A DNA stretch of 64,000 nt from Haplodiscus bocki (taxonomy: Eukaryota), in the NCBI GenBank assembly GCA_965655095.1, contig OZ296653.1:83266001-83330000 (forward strand). The letters run 5' to 3'. Of the stretch, positions 12,137-24,209 are shown one piece after another (within the stretch, counting starts at the first letter, position 1; each line of letters opens with the position of its first letter). The notes beneath the pieces were generated by a model, which was given only the letters and a program-made list of their open reading frames with translations, was not told the DNA's origin and searched no databases. Position numbers and translations under genes: made by a program.

Positions 12137-12707
12137 TGTAATAAATAATAAATGGAATTAACAGAAGATGAAATTATAGAAAAAATATGCCAAACACTGT
12201 GGGCATTGTAATCGAAATACATTACTACCATACGAATAAGAATTTACTTGCGTTTCATGCGGACAGAATGTAAACAAACGAAAACATAAACTATCTAAAA
12301 TTCAACGTAAAAAATAATTTTATTATTCGATTGAAATATGCAGAACAAAAAATATTTTGTATATGTATAGATGTATATAAAATTTACGAAGGTAATGATT
12401 ATGATGAAATATTTGAAATTTTATCCACATTAAAAAATAAAAAATTGAAACTAAACAATATCTTAATTGAAAAATATAAAGATATGTTAGAAAATCCTAA
12501 TTTCGAACAAGATTATTGGTCACGAACAGCAATGAGTATTAGATTAACGAAATGGTTGATTTATTACGATAGATCTTATTATGATGATATGAATTAATTT
12601 GATTTAATGGGAAGTATTTGCTTGTGCTATTGTACTTCAGTATAATTGTAAATAAGAAGAAATTTGAGATCTTGGATAAATCATTTCAAATAATTCTTAC
12701 TATATAA

Positions 12708-15700
12708 ATGGAGATGATAGCGAAAATAAAAAACTATCACGGAATAGAAAACGAAGAATTGAACGGAATATTAAAATGGATGATGAAATGAAATTATTAA
12801 TAAATAAAATTATAACAGAAAAGAAAAAAAGAAAAATATTAATAAAATTAAGGAGTTAGAAATTAAATTAGTTGAAATTATATATTCAAACAATCCTAAT
12901 ATATTACAATCTGCTTTGAAAGAGTTAAATAAAAGTCAAGTTGTTAATAAAATTTTACATGAGATTAAACAAGAAATATTAGTAGATTATGTTGGTGAAT
13001 TTGAACTGGTCGGTAATTTAAAAGTTGGCGATCAAATCAGACAAACTCATATTAGATTATAAAATATTTCTGATTATGAAGCATATGTTAATAGCATTGA
13101 TGAAGGTTACGACAGTCAAGATAGTATTTTTCAGGGTTATATTTATAAAGTCAATACTCCTCAATTTAATTTAGTTAATAGAAGTCAATATGGTAATGGT
13201 TGTGATTTTAAACATGAAATTATTGAATATCGAGGTAAAAAATGCTTTATACCAACTAAAGGTTCTTGCTTTGTTAAATGTATTAAATTCATAACAGGTG
13301 AAGATTAGAAACAACAATATCTAGACTTTATCCGAAATGGAAAAAAAGAACAAATATTATGACAAAAGCTAGAATTCAACCATTTTGTAGAGCTAATATT
13401 ATTAATTTAGGATATTATAACGGTGATAGAGTCTTTCCTAGATCTGTTACAAATAGAGATAGTGCTTTGTTTTTGTACAAAAATCACTTTTGTGTAATAT
13501 GGAAATCGGAAGGTGTTAGTTTTAATCAAGGTATTAAAGAATTAGAAGATTATTCAAAAATAGTTATTAATTATATAACTGAAGAAAATGTTAATTCTCA
13601 TTTTAAATATGAATTCATACAAAAGAAAATTGAATCTCATCTGATTAATTTTATTGTATAAGATCTTGAAACTCGTAACACTGATAGAGCTAGACCTTAT
13701 TGTATTTCATTTTATCGATTAAGTAAATTAGAAGTAGATATAATCGTGATTTGACACCATATGAAATAGATAAAAGTAAAAGAGACACTTTAGTATTTGA
13801 TGGAGGCAATTGTAACAGTAATGCTTTAGATTTTTTAATTAAAATTCAAAGGAGAAGGAAAAGTTAAAAATAAAATTGTTGAATATAACATTCAATTACA
13901 TGCCCATAATGGATCAGGTTTCGATACTTGGATTATATTAAATAATCTCCCTTGTGATAAACATATTGTTGATATTATTAAAAATGGAAAAGGAATAAAT
14001 TCTTTAAAAGTTTTCAATGGTTAAATATATAATGGTAAAAAACAAATTCCTGAATATCTAATTTTTAGATGTGGTATGACTCATTTAAATCATTCGTTGA
14101 AAAAATTAGGTAAGACTTTTAAATTACAAAAAGAATTATCAAAAACTGAAATGAATCACATTAAAGTAGATGGTAATAATTATAAAGACAAAAAAGACGA
14201 ATGGTTAGATCATGTTAGGAATGACGTATTATGTACTGCTTTTTCATAAGCGAGATATAGGAAAGCTATGAAAGAAATAAAAGGATTTTCTATGAAGGAT
14301 TGCTTGTCTTTACCAGGCTTAGGATAGAAATATTTTAACTCGTTAAGAACAGAAGAAGACGAGCCTATATACACTTATAATGATCAATACATGAGATGGT
14401 TTGTTCGTCAATCAATAAAAGGAGGGCGAGTATGTGCATTTAATCAATATTATAAATCAAAAATTTGTGATGATATCGAGAAAAATATATCAGAAGAATT
14501 AAATGTTGAAGGAAATATTTATAATAATATAGAAACTTATTTGAATTATAAGAACAAACATTATAAAGATTATGAAGAAGAATTTGAAAGTAAATTTAAC
14601 GATTATAGAGATGAGGATGTTGATGAAAAAGAAAAATGTATCAATGAAAAATTAAGTCAACTCCCTATACATCAATTAATAAAACAAATAAAATTAGATG
14701 AATTATTATGGGATTTCGATGCTGTGAGTTTATATCCTAGCGCCATGTGGGATGAAAACAGTATTTATCCTAAAATCGAAGCGGGATATGCTTTTACAAG
14801 AGATATGAATGACGAACTTGTTGAAAAATTTAAAAATCAAACTTTTAAACAAGGGTCTGCTATATTGAAAATAAAATATTATAAACCAAAAAAATTAATG
14901 GTTCAACATCTTCCTGTTAAAGAAAAAGGAAAGAAAATTGAAATTAACCGTATGAGAAACGGATATATTATAGACCATCTAATATCTGCTGATATTTAAG
15001 TAAGCGTCAAAATTGGTGGAAAAGTAATTGAGATATACGAAGGTGTTATTTATCGAGAAAATTTTAAAGTAAGTCCATTTAGAAAAGTTATTGATAAATT
15101 GTTTACTTCAGGACAGAAAAATAAGGATGAAAATAATGAAGTTATGCATTTATTAGAGAAATTGTTGATGAATAGTTTGTATGGAGAAAATATACGGAAA
15201 GACATCGAGGAGAAGTTCGCTTGTAAATCAGAAGCTTGGATGATGACCGAATATGATGAAAGAGTAAAGGATTATTGGAAAACATCAGGTAATAATTACA
15301 TTGTTAAAATGATAGATGACGCTGGATTGGAATATGAAGTTAAAAAATTGAATACCATGCCACTTCACTTAGGCGCTTTTGTTTTATCAAACAGAAAAAG
15401 AATTATGAATAATTTCATACACGCAACTAATGGATTTTATACAAATGATGTTTATTACGGAGATACCGATAGATTATATATTGGAAACAAACATTGGGAT
15501 AAATTGGACAAAGCTGGTTTGGTTGGTAAGAATTTACTACAAGGAAAGAAAGATTATAAGGAGGGAGGTATTTTTTAAGGATTGTTTCTAGCACCGAAAA
15601 TAGAATATTGCCTCACTATAAAAAAATACGGTGTTATAGACGCACATAAGACTTTCAAAGGATTTACCAGTGTGTCTGATAACTTAGACAGAAAAGAATA

Positions 15701-15947
15701 CTTTAAAATAATTGGAGGAGATAAATTAGTAGCAAAAGTGCTTCTTAGTTGGAAAAAGTCATTTAGTCTAGGAGTTGTAATTCCACATAAAATGAAAAAT
15801 TGTAATAAATGCACAAAAGATATTTTATGTGATGATTGTGATAAATCAATAAATCAGAGAAAAGAATTCTCAGCAAATCTAAATGAATTAAAACGAGAAC
15901 CTCCGAATGATTTTGGTCATATGCTTCGTAAGTATATAATCACTTAA
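12708..15947 (+). pseudogene. Protein-primed family B DNA polymerase
   Basis: ExoI DLET, ExoII HAHNGSGFD, motif A DFDAVSLYPSAM, motif B KLLMNSLYG, motif C YGDTD, FLAPK. Many lesions; start uncertain. Confidence 0.92.
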
Positions 15948-16118
15948 TCATATTTGTTGACTTATAAATGGTTGTAAAAGTAAAGGAATCCTTTGAAAAG
16001 ACTAGACATGTTAAAAATAACGACAAATCTAAAAAAATATATTCTACGAGGACGAAGAAATGCAAGATACTATGAAAAAATTCTATCTAATAAAAAGAAA
16101 TCTAATAATTTGACTTAA

Positions 16119-16745
16119 TTTTGTCAATTTTCTCGAAGATTATAATAGATACAGAGCTGAACTTTTCAGCTTAAACTAAACTTTTAATGGGCTATCCAAT
16201 GATATATCACTTATAATTGTAGCTTAAAATTTTATAATATCAATATATTTAAGGTATGTCGACATTTTGGGTTTTTGTCAATTTTCTCGAAGATTATAGT
16301 AGATATAAAGTTGATATTTTCAGGGTAAACTAAACTTTTAACGGGCTAACCAAAATATATATCGCACTTTCTTGTCGCTTAAAATTTCATAATCTTTACA
16401 TGTTTAAGGTATGTCGACATATACTGATTTTGTCAATTTTCTCGAAGATTATAATAGATACAGAGCTGAAACTTTCAGCGTAAACTAAACTTTTAACGGG
16501 CTATCCAATGATATATCATTCTCTGTTCTAGCTTAAAATTTTATTCTCCACATGTTTAAGCTAATTATCTACGGAAAAAAAGGTGTTAATTACATTTTTA
16601 GGGTTATCTCGAAGATGGTAAAAAATATGAAGTCGAAATTTTCAGGGTACACTAATTTCTTAATGACCTTTCGAATGACATATCACTCGTCAAGCTAGTT
16701 GAAAAGTTTGTTATCTCTACATGTTTAAGGTCTGTCGACATATTA
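16119..16745. repeat. Tandem array of four ~155-167-bp units
   Basis: TTGTCAATTTTCTCGAAGATTATA at ~16121, 16275 and 16430, with a diverged copy (CTCGAAGAT) at 16608. Confidence 0.9.
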
Positions 16746-19568
16746 CAAAATACACATGCACGAGACTGTGATACAATATGCATATTTTTTCTAGTTTCTC
16801 TCCTTGTATACTGCCACTTATAGCCCAGTGGTATTTGTAAAATTGACTAAGGTTAGGACTATGCTTGATTGGTAGTCACAGTGTTTGGGGTTCACTGTTA
16901 GCCAACGTCCCCCAGTCTTTGTCAACATCATGCACAGAAGCTATATGGAGGAACTGTCTATATCTTAATGCTTGAAAAAGTTGACTAGATCGATGGGGAA
17001 CGTTACCAGGAATGGTCCCTGTAAAATGCTTGAAAAAGAAGACATCAAACTTGGCCAGTGACGTTTTTGTAAAAGTTAAAAAAGATCTAGAATATGTAAT
17101 GATTTGAATAATCCTTTTCGTTTTGTAGGTCAGAAATGGATTAAAAATTGTACGTAATTTTATAATTTCATTTTTATTTCTATTAAACATAAATTTAAAA
17201 TTTCACAACGAGTAAAGCTTTAAAAAAATGGCGAGGCGTAGCAGAGAAAAAATATAAGCGAGAGGCGATAGAGAGCGAAGCGAGGGATTGAAAAGAGCCA
17301 GTGGATGTTGCCGGATAATATCAGTGGGACGAGCGATAGCAAGGAGCTACCGGTATTATCCGCAAAATCCTATATTATTATTCTCAAACTAGCTTAGGCA
17401 TCAAAGAGACATCTAATTTCAATCCGCAATTTCTAAAAAAAAATTTCTGCTTCATAATCGCCATGGCTGAGAATAATGAAAGCTTCTCAACAATGATACT
17501 GCACGAAGCGCGGGAGAAGAGGGTGCGAATGTTTGCCGGAAAAGCCCACCTGGCTTTGACGAAGAAGGGTTTCGACGAATTTGGCGAAACGTCGGATACA
17601 GGCAGGCAAGATATGGTAATCAACGGCCAACATTTCACAACGTTGACCCAACTCAACTGGACAAGAATACTCTTCAGCTTGCTGGGGAACCACATCGCCC
17701 CCACGAGACGTCTTGGTGCCGCTGAGAGCAAACGAGGATTCAGGACTACTGAATGATTCTCGATTTCAGTCAATCATTCTTAACGAGCAAAGTTAGTTCT
17801 GACTTATTAATATGACCACTCATTGAAATCTGGATGTATTAACTATGTTCGTTAGATTTGCAATGGATGCGAATGTTTGCGAGACGATTCGAAGAAGTTT
17901 TAATTTGGATATTTGTTTCAGCTACGAACACAGCTTTCCGTGTGTCAGTGTACGTATATAATTCAAGTGTACACATTCGAAAGGCCGTGTACATTACACT
18001 GCGAAAATAAAAGACGAACAAACAGAATGGGACATTCGAAAGAGACGGCGAGGGCATAACGATACACCACTGTGAAATAATGAAAATTGTCATGGATTAT
18101 AACAGATATCCAGATAGTATCCAGCATAACCAGCCCCAACAAGGTTCTTCAAGTTCAACTAAACAACAATCAAAAATTGCATGCAAGAGGGAAGCGGCTG
18201 AAGAAAACAACACCGATGAAGAAGAAGCGCCTCTGTCTCGCTTCAAATCATCCAAACGAGCAATCGGAAAGTCCGAGACAGCAATTGTCTCTCTCTTGGA
18301 CGTTAGTGAATGAACAATTCAATCAAATTTATTGTTACAAGTTCAACTATTTATAAGTCTGATTATATTGGAGTTGGTTAATGGTCTATACATATAATCT
18401 CCATTTCATTTCAAAAATACCGAATAAGAAATCATAAGGTAAAACTGTCTTTCTCTGGCGAAAAAAAATCGAATTAGCAAAAGTTAATTGTCGAAAAATT
18501 GAAAAAAGAGCCGTTGAATTGAAAAAGGACCGCGAAAAATTAATGAGAACAAAAGTAGTATTTTATGACATCGGTTGGTTTTGATCCTCTGAAACGCAAA
18601 GAGTTGAATTTCAGTTTAATTTCGGAGCTGAAATTCGAATAAAAGACTCAATGGATGCGAAAATGAAACAGGCAGAAAATTTCAGAAGTTCAAAACCCCT
18701 TCCAATTTTACTTCAGAAACGCGCCAACTCTAGCGCGCCAAACCATTTTGGTCCAGAATTCGCGACGTACATGAAATCCCAGTGGAATAAGCCACCAGGC
18801 TACAGGTACCATTGATGTGAATTGAAACTAACCGATTATATATGCAGCTCATTTGGTTAACAGCACCGTTTAATAGCTCAACTGTATCAAGTAGAATAGC
18901 GTATGAATGAAACTGAATGAACTGCAATCACAAAGAATATCTTTATGGCTTATGTAGCGGCTATATAAACTTTGAGCTTTGAGTATTCACAGAGTATTTG
19001 ATTTGTAATACTATATCAAGGAGAAATGAAATTAAACACTGTGACCGTGAAATGGTTCCACAGATATAGAATAGGAACATCGAATTGCTATAATACTGTA
19101 GGGAGCACGAAAGTGTTGGGTAACCCCCCCCCCACCTATACTACTCAGGCATATTCTCTTCTATAAAGCGTCGACTAAAAATATACAATAATGAGACGAT
19201 TTCTTCGAAAATTTGGCCTTTCCTAGTCCCGAACTAGAATCCATGGTTTGAAACTTTTTTAATACTCTCTAGACCACAGACCTTTTGGAGCTTTTAGCAG
19301 TTAACAGCCGCGAACGGCTGAAGTCAGCTCATTCCACAGGGCTTGAAACACTTGCTGTGTTCGATAGTTTCGATTTTTTCAAGAAAGTTCACCATACCCA
19401 AGGCAACTACAGCAATCGTTCGATTTTGCACCAGTCTTGTTTGTTGCATCAAATATTTTGGCGGATAGTCGATAGTGACGGTTATATGATTTTATTTCAG
19501 ACAGTAAGGCTTTCTGGTTAATTTCGCTCGGGCGGAAATAGCAGTTTAAATTTCCAGAAAAGAAAAAT

Positions 19569-22500
19569 TTATGTTGCAAATGTTTTTCTGTTGAAAACAG
19601 ATTCACATGAACTCAGCAGCTGTTGCTGTGTAAACAAAAACAAAATCATTTCAGTTTCATTAATCACACTCAAGTTTCGAACGTAACTGAATCCCTCTGC
19701 CGTTTTCAACCAGTGCGAGCCAATTGCACTTTTGCGCCCTTTAACTCCAGCTGTGCCGCGTTTTTTGGGCGTGCCCACTTTCAAAGTTTGTCGTTTAGCT
19801 TCCCAATCTAACGAATGCAGAGATTTTATTGTGTGAAAGATAAGCTTGCATAGTTGATCGTTCAGGCCAACATACTGCAAAGAAGATCCAATAGAAGGAT
19901 AAAACTTTCCACATTGTTCGAAATCATTTTGGTCGTACGAGCACCATTTGCTGAAGCTACCTCGAGACAGGTTGTATTCGAATACGTGATAATCAGAGTA
20001 CAGAACGGACAAGCAGTTTCTATCTTCCGAAACAACATTCTTGTTCGCTGAGGTAGAAAAACAAAGAGAAACAGGCAATGCCGTTCTTTTAGGAAGTTCG
20101 TGAATAAGTTTAAGGTCCTCTGAACTGAAAATTCCAATATTTCTGTCATCTTTGACCACGGCCATAACTGGTGATTTTTTGTGGAATAGCACTTGTAAAA
20201 TATTACTCTTTGACGATAGTTCAGAATACAGTTTTGTGCAAAACGGTGCTCCTCCCTCTACAAGATCATATCTTTGGAAAAGACCATCAGTAAAGACAAC
20301 GGAAAGCGCATCACAAAAAGAGCTGAAGTTGAGTGCAACAATTGGGGTACTGAAACGTCCTTTCAAAGGCACTTGAGTCAAACTGAAATCTTGGTTTACT
20401 TGGAAAAGTCGGAGAAAAAACTTTGAAGATTTCTGGGAAGAGTAACAGAGCCATTTGGTGTCCTTGGACATTGCAACATTACACAAACTGTGAAAATCGG
20501 GAAGTTTAACTCCAAAGACTTCTCTGAAAGATGCATCTCCCGAAGGAGGGCCAGCATTGTGGATATTCTCTTTTGGGTCATTTTCCATATCTACGTCAGC
20601 ACTTCCAGTGCCTTCTTCACGAGCAGGCGCTTCCTCAGAGGATTCAAGCCGACAAATGCAAAACTCGCCACTTTTTGGCACTGCAATTAGTTTTTCGTCC
20701 CCCAAAACTGAACAGTTGAAATGTTTCGGAAATGCTAGAACCTCAGCAGCAATTTCTCCAAAACCTCTCCACAATTTCATCATGGGCGACTTTTGCCCAA
20801 TCAAAATGTAGTTCGACTTTTCGTTTAGACTTTTAAGAAGAACAGCAGATGTTACTTCGGATGGGATCTTCTTGAGTGTTACACTTTGTACCCATTTATC
20901 TTCATTTTCGATTCTTGAGAAAGCGACTACGTAAGGATCGACACCGGAGGCGTAAACACGATTGGATGTTTCATCGTAAACTAGCGTTGTGATGGCAGCT
21001 AAGTGAGATTTAATAGTCTGCATGACTGTTCCAGAATTCAAATCCCACCACATCGTCCTGCCCAGATTGTCACCCGTCACACATGTGCTGCTATCTATGA
21101 GTACTATAGATCGAATAGACACATCTTCGTGTTTCTCCCCTGGGGAAATTGCACGTTTCCGACCAGACTTGTTTTTCACTTTTTGGTCTCTGAAAACAAG
21201 GTCAACACAACAATATCAGAAAATGGACTTTGAAACATATAAAACTATTTCAAGAGTGGTCAATCTGACCCCGCAACTATGCGTTCCATACTCCAACATT
21301 TGAAGCAGTTTGAACAAGTAAAATTCAAGTGATTCAAAATCGTTGCTTTCAAGCTATTACCCTGACGTGAAAATTTCAGTTATTTGCCCGGCATTCGCAA
21401 CATTTTTTTCTGGCAGAATTCAACACAGAGAAGCAGAACTTCGCAATACATTCTGACTTCTCTTTTGATATCAAAGATTACGCTGACAGATTAAAGGTCC
21501 AGAGAGATATTTGAACATTGATCGGATACTTGATTGACACGTTTAGAAATATTACACCAAATGCCTATCAAAATTTAATTCGAAAAAGTCGAAATGAGAC
21601 AACCTGTCACAGTGTATAATAGTCGAAAAGTTGATCATGGCTATTTAGATCCACCATTTCGCCCAATATTGTAAAGATTAAGAGAGCAAACAACTCAAAA
21701 ATGCACAAAACTAGGTGGCTCAAAAATATTACATGCAACAAAATTGCTCTATCTAAATGGCGAATAGTATATTATCAACAAGACGTCAAGTCGAAACAGC
21801 TTAAAAATTTCTAATCTCAGTTTTCAATCATCACGACCTGTACTCTTGTCGAAACATCGAAAAGAAATGCTTAATTTCGGTCACATAAGTGTAATCAGCT
21901 TTCATAATCTGAACCTAAAGTGGTCATTTTCACAAGAAGAAGAGATTCAGTGGAAGTGTCAATTTTGAAGAATGACAGGCGGTTTGTGCCGGCTTGAAAA
22001 AAGTCCGATGTCTCGTTTTCAATATTAACCATTTTTAGATCGAAATTTTAACATCTAAAGTTTTATGGGGACACCGAATACACTGCCCACACTGTCTCAT
22101 ATTCAAAGCGTTGTTATGTCAATCATTACCTTTTAGAAGGCTATGTTCATTTTTCAGATCAATATTCAAAATTTTTGCACTTTTCAGAACGCGAAAATAA
22201 ACAAGTACCTGCAAAGATGTTTCAAAAAGGGCCCTTTTTGACCGTTTATACTAGACTGATGACGCCACAAAATGCAAGTTTTGGATAAGATATGCATAAG
22301 CCAGTTTCCAATGCATATTCATCCATCCGTGCAGTCAGAACGTGTAAAAAAATCACATCGCTTGAATACCGCGTTTTACTTACTTTGGGACGGTCAAAAA
22401 CTCCACAGTGTAATTGCTCCTCTCAGAATTGTTTTCACTTTGCGACACCATGACAGAGACATCTTTCCATGAGATATGCACAATTACATTGACAGAACCA

Positions 22501-24098
22501 GCCACTAATTCATTTCCCAGGGAAGATAGAGCAAAAATGGCTTCAGAACTCTGTTTGGTTGCTCCGATGGTAGTCAACAACGAAAACGAGATGCTGTCGA
22601 CTTCATTGTTGAGATCAGACGACCCAAAATGTTGTTCACCAGAGCACTCAATATTGTACAAGCGGATCAGTTTATTTTGACTCACCACTGCACACAGAGA
22701 ACTTCCACACTGAAACATTAGAGTTTTCTTTGTAGTCATATAGGAGACAAGGGTAGAGATTAGCGGGGTTCAATCATTTCAGCTAAAAAAACGCTAACAA
22801 TAGCAGTTTCAGAAGAACGCATTGATGCTCAGTAATGTCCTGTTAAATTTGTGGTTTAACCAATGGTTAAATAAATCGGTTAAAAATCGGTTTGTTAAAG
22901 GTTTCAATACAGTGCCTACTTAATTGGTTAACCAATTCGGCTACATTAGCGTCCAATTTAACCAATTTGAATTGGTTTTAAAAATTGTGAATGGTTATTG
23001 GTTAAAAAAATAGTTAAATTAATTTAACTGGACATCATTGGACAAAAACAGTATAGCAGTACTGTCGAAAACCACCAACCAATCAATTAGCAACATTTAA
23101 CGCTTTGGTATCGGTTGCACAACACGATACTGTAAGTTGATTGGTTGGCGCTTTGCAGCCTTTCTCACATCACGGATTCATAATCGAACTTGTCATTCAG
23201 CTTCTAGCAACAGCAAGCATGGTTTTCGAGCATTACAGACAACTTAATCATTGTAGCATGGAGCATTTTTGAAGAAGGTACTAAGATGCAAAAGGCTTAC
23301 ATGCTGCATATCAATTACGGCTCCGGAGAATGTCTGTTCAACTTTAGTGAGACTGCGTAGTGGGAAATTGCAGCTATAGATCTGTCCGGATCCGCTGCCT
23401 ATCAGCACCCAGTGTTTATTGCGACTACCACTGCCACCCGCACTCTCATTTTGTTCTTCATTCTCAAGATCCCCTTGGCTCATTTTTGTCACCCACGCAG
23501 GCATACACAGTATGCAAGATAGCTCATCACTGCAGGGGGGAATATATAATTCCTGCAAACACAAAATAACCGTCATCAGACGAAAATTCCACTTCCACTT
23601 CACCTTGTTTAATCGCTGTATTACGAATACTGCAGCCTAACCTCTCCATTCAGAACATTATTCGATGGCATGTAAAAGCAGCTGTCATGGGATTAAAAAT
23701 AAACAGCATGTTCGCTGCGGCAGCATTTGGAAAAATTGGCAGAACATGCCATCATGAAGCTTTATGTACGAACATTTTTCTAAGCTTTTTCTAACCCACG
23801 TAAAAAATGTTCACGTTGTAGGAATACCTGAAACTAGTTGAATCAACTATATTGCCTGACAAAAGAATAACTGTTCTGTAGTATCTCGTCTGAAAGCTAC
23901 TCTTACAGCTACACCGGTCTTGGTTAGTCCTTCGTGTATAATGTACAACTTAACCTGTGCAAATGCGAACTTGATGTCCCATCTAATGACTGAGTTGTCA
24001 GTGTGAACAGAGTAAAGCTTCCGCCCAAAAACACCCAGTTTCTTCACCCCAGCCGGTACTTCTTGTGGAAAAGACACAACATTGGTCTTCACAAACAT
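19569..24098 (-). CDS. UTP4: U3 snoRNA-associated protein 4 (cirhin), WD40; exons 24098-23955, 23552-23301, 22709-22384, 21189-19569; ~780 aa
   Basis: All three introns are GT-AG and phase-compatible (0,0,2). N-terminus VSFPQEVPAGV matches the UTP4 RFFNYVPSGI pattern; also VTGDNLGRTMWWD, YASGVDP and C-terminal FNRKTFAT. Confidence 0.85.
22830..23040. mobile_element. MITE-like palindromic element in UTP4 intron 2
   Basis: ATGTCCTGTTAAATT (22835) versus AATTTAACTGGACAT (23021-23035), with internal GGTTAA/TTAACC repeats. No clear TSD. Confidence 0.55.
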
Positions 24099-24209
24099 AT
24101 CTGAAAAAAGTGGGAAACTATTAAGACAGTCGGCTTGCAATGACATTTTTTTGCTCCATATATATAAAACTTGCGTGAAAAAAAGCCCATACCCCTGTAA
24201 TAACTTTTC

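Larger units (their letters stand above)
1..16794 (+). mobile_element. Maverick/Polinton (adintovirus-like) endogenous DNA virus, decayed; left end lies outside the window
   Basis: Very AT-rich, intronless, tightly packed genes including ATPase, minor and major capsid, adenain protease, rve integrase and protein-primed PolB. Many in-frame stops and frameshifts. The right boundary is placed at the end of the 155-bp array (uncertain). Confidence 0.93.

Noticed and set aside
1-15947. Bacterial prophage or an active virus
   Set aside because: The gene set is Polinton-type, it is contiguous with intron-containing genes, and all core genes carry stops or frameshifts.
16119-16745. CRISPR-like array
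   Set aside because: Whole units are similar along their length with no unique spacers; eukaryotic context and no cas genes.
16876-17020. Possible terminal host exon (minus strand, TTTTACAG acceptor)
   Set aside because: No recognisable homology and no supported upstream exon.
19623-21303. Plus-strand short ORFs over UTP4 (likewise 31174-33337 over WDR3)
   Set aside because: Antisense shadows of long real exons, with no recognisable motifs.
22130-22208. Extra cassette exon in UTP4 intron 3 (AG...GT bounded, 79 nt)
   Set aside because: Inclusion would shift the frame; the direct 22384-to-21189 join is already in phase.
22380-24146. Separate WDR43/UTP5 gene (third processome gene)
   Set aside because: These three exons splice in phase onto the 21189-19569 exon and supply the missing UTP4 N-terminus.
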